20,000 nt of DNA, taken from positions 18,191,630 to 18,211,629 of the forward strand of contig NC_057749.1 of the NCBI RefSeq assembly GCF_004010195.1, written 5' to 3'. Shown in pieces: positions 13,669 through 20,000 of this stretch. The position numbers were made by a program, and so were the translations under genes. Every line of letters begins with the position of its first letter. Within the stretch, counting starts at the first letter, position 1. The stretch comes from Chiloscyllium plagiosum (Eukaryota). The notes beneath the pieces were generated by a model. The model saw only the letters and a list, made by a program, of their open reading frames with translations, was not told where the DNA came from and searched no databases.

Positions 13669-14362
13669 AGTGAGGATGTTGTGTTAATTTGGAGTGAGGA
13701 TGTTATATTAATGGGGAGCGATGGTATTGTATTAGAGGTGTGAGGATGTTGCATTAATGGGGAGTGAGTGTATTGTACTAATGGACAGTGAGGCTATTGT
13801 ATTAATGGGGAGTGAGGATGTTGTATTAATGGGGAGTGAGGATGTTGTATTAATGGGGAGTGAGGGTGTTGTATTAATGGGGAGTGAGGGTGTTGTATTA
13901 ATGGGGAGTGAGGGTGTTGTATTAATGGGGAGTGAGGGTGTTGTATTAATGGGGAGTGAGGGTGTTGTATTAATGGGGAGTGAGGGTGTTGTATTAATGG
14001 GGAGTGAGGGTGTTGTATTAATGGGGAGTGAGGGTGTTGTATTAATGGGGAGTGAGGGTGTTGTATTAATGGGGAGTGAGGGTGTTGTATTAATGGGGAG
14101 TGAGGGTGTTGTATTAATGGGGAGTGAGGGTGTTGTATTAATGGGGAGTGAGGGTATTGTATTAATGGCGAGTGAGGGTGTTGTATTAATGGGGAGTGAG
14201 GGTGTTGTATTAATGGGGAGTGAGGGTATTGTATTAATGGCGAGTGAGGGTGTTGTATTAATGGGGAGTGAGGGTGTTGTATTAATGGGGAGTGAGGGTA
14301 TTGTATTAATGGCGAGTGAGGGTGTTGTATTAATGGGGAGTGAGGGTGTTGTATTAATTGGG
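13669..14362 (+). repeat. 24-bp variant array (AGTGAGGGTGTTGTATTAATGGGG) with transition units and a terminal 72-bp higher-order repeat
   Basis: Transition units at 13669-13858 are followed by 12 perfect copies at 13859-14146. Variant AGTGAGGGTATTGTATTAATGGCG then occurs at 14147, 14219 and 14291 (every third unit). Confidence 0.97.
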
Positions 14363-14459
14363 AGACAGTATTATATTCAGGTGGAGATGTACAAGGATAT
14401 AAACAGGGTGCTTATAATAGTGTCTGTGGAGAGGGAAATGTGAGAAGGTATGGACGTGG

Positions 14460-15430
14460 CCTAATCGAATTATGTTCATGCTATGTTATAGCATTGTATT
14501 CACGTGGGGATATGACAGACCTGTATTAACAGAATCATATATGGACAACTTTTTTTAACATGGTGATATGGTTGCATTATATTAATGTGGAGATATGACA
14601 GTGTATATAAATGGTGATGTGATCATATATATTACCATGATAAGACAGTTTTCCGTGAACATGGAGATATGTTCCTATGATGTTAATGGTCATATAATTG
14701 TCTTATATTAATAGTGGTATGATGGTGATGTGAGAGTATTATATTCGTGGTGATATCACGTTATTTAATGCCACCATGGTATGACAGTAGTATATTAATG
14801 GAATTATCATAGTGTCATATTATCACGGTAGCAAGGTATGTTTTTATATGAAAGTCAATATGACACTATAATATTAACGGTGAGATGATAGCTATATGTT
14901 AACATGATGATCTGACAGTGACATGTTAACATAGTGCTGTGAGAGTATTATATTAACTGTGCAATTATAGGATTGTATGAATGCAATGATCTGACAGTGA
15001 TATATAAGTGGAGATATGTTTGTGTTGTACAGTACTAACAGTGAGATGATAGTGCTCAGATGGACCGTGATATCATTGTACTGTACTAATGGTGATATAT
15101 CATAGCATTGTATTAGTCCCATCAGCAGCTCTGGTTACCATGAAGGACTCTCCTTCTCAATCTCTGTCCTCACCGAAGGCATGGTGACCCTTAGGTTAAA
15201 CTCAACACTAGTCATCTCTCTCTCTCTCTCTCTAGTGAGAGCAGCCCTCTGGTCTGAAAGGTCTATGGCAATTTTACCCTTACCTTTATAATAACACTGT
15301 GATATCACAATATTGTTTTCACTGTGATATGACACACAGTCATGTAGGAGCATTATATTAACAGGATGATTGGACAGTCTTGCATTAATGATAATAATGA
15401 TGTAATATATAATTTTAAATTAATGCAATG
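14460..15430 (+). repeat. Highly degenerate relics of the same 27-bp family (GATATGACAG...TATATTAA), interrupted by a LINE tail fragment
   Basis: GGTGATATG / GATATGACAG / TATTAAC(A)TGG motifs recur and resemble the left degenerate flank. Confidence 0.65.
15125..15288 (+). mobile_element. Probable 3' tail fragment of a LINE/SINE (L2/CR1 group)
   Basis: GC-richer island inside the AT-rich degenerate repeat, ending in a short tandem tail (TTTACCCTTACCTTTA). It resembles a recalled shark interspersed repeat; the family was not verified. Confidence 0.5.
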
Positions 15431-16103
15431 ATATTACTGCTATCTAAAGGCAGTAGGAGTATATATAAGAGGGAAATCAGGAGGGCAAAAAGGAAACATC
15501 AGGTAACTTTGGCAAATACTGTTAAGGAGAATCCATTAAGGCCAAAAGGGTAACTCGGGAGCAAATTGAGCCCCTCAAAGGTCAGCAAGGTGGCCCTTGT
15601 GTGGAACAGCAGGAGATGGGGCAGATAATAAATGAGTATTTTGCATCAGTGTTTATTGTGGGGAAGATATAGAATGTGGGGAAATAGATGGTGACACCTT
15701 GAAAAATGTCCATATTACAGAGGAGGAAGTGCTGGATGTCTTGAAACGCATAAAAGTGGATAAATCCCCAGGACCTGATCAGGTGTACCCGAGAACTCTG
15801 TGGGAAGCTGGAGAAGTGATTGCTGGGTCCCTTGCTGAGAAATTTGTATCATTGATAGTCACAGGTGAGGCGCAGGAAGACTGGAAGTTAACTAACATGG
15901 TGCCACTATTTAAGAAAGGTGGTAAGGACAAGCCAGGGAATTATAGACCGGTAAGCCTGATGTTGGTGGTGGGCAAGTTGTTGGAGGGAATCCAGAAGGA
16001 CAGGATGTACATGTATTTGGAAAGGCAAGGACTGATTAGGGATAGTCAACATGGCTTTGTGCGTGGGAAATCATGTCTCACAAACTTGATTGAGTTTTTT
16101 GAA

Positions 16104-16353
16104 AAAGGCTAGCACAGGGGACATTGCTTTAGGTTGAGGGTTGATAGATATAAGACAGATGTCAGAGGTATTTTCTTTATTCAGAGAGTAGTAGGGGTGT
16201 GGAATGCCCTGCCTGCAACAATAGCTATCTTGCCAACTTTAAGGGCATTTAAATGGTCATTGGATAAACAAATGGATGAAACTGGAATAGTGTAGAATAC
16301 TTCGGATTGATTCCACAGGTCGGTGCAACATCGAAGACTGAAGGGCCTGTCTC
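16104..16353 (+). mobile_element. 3'-region fragment of a different CR1 subfamily nested within the host CR1 RT
   Basis: The host reading LIEFFE stops at ~16103 and resumes as VTKRIDEG at 16354. The insert has CR1 C-terminal/3'UTR hallmarks (CAGAGAGTAGT..GTGGAATGCCCTGCC, GCATTTAAA, GAAGGGCCTGT). Confidence 0.8.
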
Positions 16354-17230
16354 AGTAACAAAGAGGATTGATGAGGGCAGAGCGGTGGACATGATCTATA
16401 TGGACTTCGGTAAGGCATTCAACAAGATTCCCCATGGGAGACTGGTTAGCAAGGTTAAATCTCATGGAATACAGGGAGAACTAGCCATTTGGATACAGAA
16501 CTGGCTCAAAGGTAGAAGACAGAGGGTGGTGGTGGAGGGTTGCTTTTCAGACTGGAGGCCTGTGACCAGTGGAGTGCCACAAGGATCGATGCTGGGTCCT
16601 CTACTTTTCGTCATTTATAGAAGGTGTTTGGTATGCTTTCCTTTATTGGTCAGAGTATTGAGTACAGGAGTTGGGAGGTCATGTTGCGGCTGTACAGGAC
16701 ATTGGTTAGGCCGCTGTTGGAATATTGCGTGCAATTCTGGTCTCCTTCCTATCGGAAAGGTGTTGTGAAACTTGAAAGGGTTCAGAAAAGATTTACAAGG
16801 ATGTTGCCAGGGTTAGAGGATCTGAGCTACAGGGAGATGCTGAACAGGCTGGGGCTGTTTTCCCTGGAGCATCGGAGGCTGAGGGGTGACCTTATAGAAG
16901 TTTTTTAAATCATGAGGGGCATGGATAGTGTAAATAGACAAGGTCCTTTCCCTGGGGTGGGGCAATCCAGAACTGGAGGTCGTAGGTTTAGGGTGAGAGG
17001 GGAAAGATATAAAAGGGACCTAAGGGGCAACCTTTTCCCACAGAGGGTGGTGCATCCGTGGAATGGGCTAGCAGAAGAAATGGTAGAGGCTGGTACAATT
17101 ACAGCATTTAAAAGACATCCGGGTGGATATATGAATGGGAAGGGTTTGGAGGGATATGGGCCAGGTGCTGGCAAATGGGATCAGATTAGGTTAGGATATC
17201 TGGTCGGCATGAACGAGTTAGACCGAAGGG

Positions 17231-17361
17231 ATTCCTGTTGAAGGGCTTTTGCCCAAAACATCGATTTTTCTGCTCCGCGGATGCTGCCTGAACTGCTGTG
17301 CCTTTCCAGCACCACTCTAATCTTGACTCTGATCTCCAGCATCTGCAGTCCTCACTTTCAC
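17231..17361 (+). mobile_element. Short Penelope-like (hammerhead-headed) retroelement fragment inserted in a CR1 3'UTR, 17-bp TSD
   Basis: Flanked by CGAGTTAGACCGAAGGG (17214-17230) and CGAATTGGACCGAAGGG (17362-17378), 15/17 identical. Head reads ATTC-CTGTTGA-A-GGGC TTTT GCCC-AAAA-CATC-GATT. It is homologous to 18211-18303. Confidence 0.75.
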
Positions 17362-17699
17362 CGAATTGGACCGAAGGGTCTGTTTCCGTGATGTACATCC
17401 CTATGATTCTGTGACTCTAAAACTTGTTTTGTTTCAATAAATCACAACTCTTGGTCCATCTGCCAATGAATTCTTCAGATCGTTGGGATAGTTTTTACCA
17501 GTCACACCTTGAGCACCAGCTCTACCTCACTCCAGCTCCTTCCATTAAAGGTTTCCAAAATCGGAGCAACTTTCTCCCACCTGGACCTTAATGCCACTGC
17601 GTAAGACATCAGGCTCTACATGGGGATTCTACATTCCCATTGTGATCCCATTCCCTTGCCCTTGGAGGATCAGCAGAGTGCACACAGTCCTGATGTTTT

Positions 17700-17822
17700 A
17701 GAGTCAATATTTTGCGTCTGGTGACTGATCATCAGAACAGATATTCTGAAATGTTAACTCTGCTTTTTTCCTACTGATTCTGACAGACCTGCTGAGTTTC
17801 TCCAGCAATTTCTGATTTTGTT
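17700..17822. mobile_element. Relic of a second hammerhead-headed short repeat family: inverted head (17700-17738, - strand) plus body (17746-17822, + strand)
   Basis: The minus strand reads GTT-CTGATGA-TCAGTCACCAGACGC-AAAA-TATT-GACTCT. The plus strand reads GAAATGTTAACTCT...GACCTGCTGAGTTTCTCCAGCA, similar to GACCTGCTGTGCTTTTCCAGCA in the 18211 element. Confidence 0.5.
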
Positions 17823-18026
17823 GTTAGTTTCCAAGCCCACACCTGAATGCATTCAAACTGCCAGTTTTCCCCACAGTTGAGATAACTAGATAATTATCCT
17901 GTCAGTACTGGCTGACATTGATTTAATTTTCATAATTTCTAAGATGGAATTATTTTTCCACTCGGTGCCTTTTTCTGGAGAAATATTTTTAAAATTTAAT
18001 TGTGGCACTTTATTATAGTTCGCTGA

Positions 18027-18425
18027 AGAGTCAGAGAGTCACAGAACACGGATCAGAGCCATCGGCCCAACTCATCCAAAGTTTCTTAAACTGAACTAGT
18101 CCCATTTACCAGCATCTGGCCCATATCCCTCTAAGGTTAGGAGAGTGCAGTGCGCACTGTCCTGATATTTTAGAGTCAATGTTTTGTGTCTGGTGACTGA
18201 TCATCAGAACATTCCTGATGAAGGGCTTATGCCCAAAATATCAACTCTCCTGCTCCTCGGATGCTGCCTGACCTGCTGTGCTTTTCCAGCACCACACTTT
18301 CAACCCATATCCCTCTAAACGTTTCCTATCCAATGCTTATCCATGTACCATCCAATGCCTTTTAAATGTTGTAATTGTATCTGCCTCTACCACTTCCTGT
18401 TGCAGCTCATTCCACATATGCCCAC
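18027..18425 (-). mobile_element. CR1 3'-end fragment, interrupted by an insertion at 18135-18303
   Basis: Reverse complement resembles the CR1 3' region at ~17050-17420 (GTGGAATG..., GGTAGAGGC, ACAATTACAACATTTAAAAG, GAGGGATATGGGCCA, GACTCT-type tail). Confidence 0.85.
18135..18303 (+). mobile_element. Composite insertion with perfect 15-bp TSD: 62-bp copy of 17677-17738 followed by a hammerhead-headed element (18211-18303)
   Basis: CCCATATCCCTCTAA occurs at both 18120-18134 and 18304-18318. Head reads ATTC-CTGATGA-A-GGGC TTAT GCCC-AAAA-TATC-AACT. Confidence 0.8.
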
Positions 18426-18568
18426 AGTTTTTAAATACGCTTTTTTACTGAACAAAATAGCCTCCGTAGGCTGTCTGCTGAGAGTCCTGAAGTAAGTGAC
18501 ATTCCAGTTCCAACTCACTGGCTGACCCCAGGATGCCCAGAGGCACTGTGTAAGCCTGCAGTGTGGCT

Positions 18569-19068
18569 NNNNNNNNNNNNNNNNNNNNNNNNNNNNNNNN
18601 NNNNNNNNNNNNNNNNNNNNNNNNNNNNNNNNNNNNNNNNNNNNNNNNNNNNNNNNNNNNNNNNNNNNNNNNNNNNNNNNNNNNNNNNNNNNNNNNNNNN
18701 NNNNNNNNNNNNNNNNNNNNNNNNNNNNNNNNNNNNNNNNNNNNNNNNNNNNNNNNNNNNNNNNNNNNNNNNNNNNNNNNNNNNNNNNNNNNNNNNNNNN
18801 NNNNNNNNNNNNNNNNNNNNNNNNNNNNNNNNNNNNNNNNNNNNNNNNNNNNNNNNNNNNNNNNNNNNNNNNNNNNNNNNNNNNNNNNNNNNNNNNNNNN
18901 NNNNNNNNNNNNNNNNNNNNNNNNNNNNNNNNNNNNNNNNNNNNNNNNNNNNNNNNNNNNNNNNNNNNNNNNNNNNNNNNNNNNNNNNNNNNNNNNNNNN
19001 NNNNNNNNNNNNNNNNNNNNNNNNNNNNNNNNNNNNNNNNNNNNNNNNNNNNNNNNNNNNNNNNNNNN
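18569..19068. other. Assembly gap (500 N)
   Basis: A run of exactly 500 N; the round number suggests a fixed-size scaffolding gap. Confidence 0.99.
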
Positions 19069-19547
19069 GGGTCAATGGATGAGTAGTTAAACTGAAACAA
19101 GAGATTGACAGCAGTCTTGTTCCGTGAGCATGATGGGCTGAATCACCTCAGTCTGCACCCTGGCGTTTCTGACATTCTGTACAGCATGTGCTCCCCATGC
19201 GTTCAGCCTGCATCCCCTCACCTCCTCAAGTTACAGAATGACACAGTGAGAGACCAGAATCAACTGCATCTGACACTCGGTGCAACAGTCTGTCATAAAA
19301 GATATCAGTCAATTGGGCAGATTGAGTGATTCACAGCTTTGTATTTCAATATGAACCAATGCACAGTGACAGCAGGGAGAGGACATAGACAATAACTTAT
19401 CTGTTGTCAATCTCCTGTCTGAAGGGGTCAGTTATGAACTATGTGACTGGGTTAATGAGGTTAATAATGGGCCATGTCCTCTCTGTCTATCTGCTCCACT
19501 GCATTCTGTGTTTACAGGCTGGGAACATGTGTCAATACTAAATGCTG

Positions 19548-19550
<3 letters not shown>

Positions 19551-19589
<39 letters not shown>
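19551..19589 (+). repeat. (CT)n microsatellite, ~19 units
   Basis: Directly visible. Confidence 0.97.
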
Positions 19590-19592
<3 letters not shown>

Positions 19593-19930
19593 GTTGCTGC
19601 ATTCTCTGTCCCAGGGTCATATTGAGAAACAACGCAATGTGTCCGCAGCCTGCCAGAGTCTGTGACGGTCAGGATCACTGAGGGACACCGCGACTCACTG
19701 CCACAGTGTGCGATGATGGGGGAGAGGAGCACAGGGTCAAGTCAGACTGACCTGTCCTCTCCAACTAAAGATGGCTGTATTCCCCATGAACACACTCCAT
19801 GGAGACTGGCGATGGGTTTCCGATATCCTGGCAAACCCTCTCCCCACGGTCTCCAGAAACAGGAACTGCTGTCGGGTGGTGGTGGTTGGGGGTGGAGAGA
19901 CGGAGGGAGAGGTCTGAGGAGGAGCAGGGG

Positions 19931-20000
19931 GTGAGGAGGGGTGTGTGTGAGGGAGTGGGGGTGTGTGTGACGGGGTGGAGTGTGTGTGGGGGTGTGTGTG
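19931..20000 (+). repeat. GT/G-rich low-complexity repeat (approx. GTGTGTGTGAGGGAGTGGGG), probably continuing past the window
   Basis: GTGTGTGTG blocks recur at ~20-bp spacing, separated by G-rich linkers. Confidence 0.6.

Larger units (their letters stand above)
15445..17420 (+). mobile_element. Decayed, 5'-truncated CR1-clade LINE with intact 3' terminus
   Basis: ORF pieces 15699-16112 (KSPGPD, NYRPVSL, QHGFVRGKSCLTNL), 16354-16618 ([17 protein letters not shown]), 16624-16908 ([41 protein letters not shown]) and 16912 onward (QRVVHPWNGL). It ends in an 8-bp-period tail, CTATGATTCTGTGACTCTA. Confidence 0.95.

Noticed and set aside
3042..13754. 3570-aa minus-strand ORF (LQINTTPS)n, superficially mucin-like
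   Set aside because: A 24-bp unit without a stop in one frame gives an ORF automatically. There is no synonymous variation, signal peptide or non-repeat domain, and the related 27-mer and degenerate flanks do not keep the frame.
1467..14362. CRISPR-like array or true telomere
   Set aside because: Units are contiguous with no unique spacers and no cas genes in a vertebrate context. There is no (TTAGGG)n run, and the array is flanked by LINEs on both sides.
3055..14443. Plus-strand ORFs (SEGVVLIW)n and (SEGVVLMG)n
   Set aside because: Same repeat-length artifact; ORFs on both strands of an invariant array are not evidence of coding.
1..17420. Oppositely oriented CR1s flanking the satellite as inverted termini of one composite element
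   Set aside because: Their RT peptides and DNA are clearly divergent (different subfamilies) with different truncation points; independent insertions are simpler.
18460..18497. Possible micro-exon ending at GTAAGT (18492-18497)
   Set aside because: Poor polypyrimidine tract and no recognisable peptide; a lone donor consensus is expected by chance.
18387..19100. ORFs spanning 18.4-19.1 kb
   Set aside because: They consist mostly of translated N gap.
19069..19180. Possible very old CR1/SINE 3' tail (ATGATGGGCTGAAT...ATTCTGT)
   Set aside because: Similarity is too short and degenerate to support without a profile search.

Overview
Repeat-dominated vertebrate genomic DNA, most likely from a cartilaginous fish. 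That assignment is inferred from recalled CR1-type LINE and short-repeat families and was not verified. No intact protein-coding gene is supported. Layout: a decayed minus-strand CR1 LINE (1-1466); a ~14 kb nested G/T-rich minisatellite complex running from degenerate 27-mers to homogeneous 27-mers, 442 identical 24-mers (3061-13668), a 24-mer variant with a 72-bp higher-order repeat, and a degenerate flank; a plus-strand CR1 with a nested CR1 fragment and an internal deletion; a minus-strand CR1 3' end; a 500-N scaffold gap; and short unique or low-complexity sequence. The 3.5-kaa ORFs are by-products of the 24-bp repeat. The most interesting signal is at 17.2-18.3 kb. Two short insertions flanked by target-site duplications start at the same base with a decayed minimal hammerhead-ribozyme motif (Penelope-like), and one also carries a 62-bp copy of nearby DNA that itself reads as an inverted hammerhead head.
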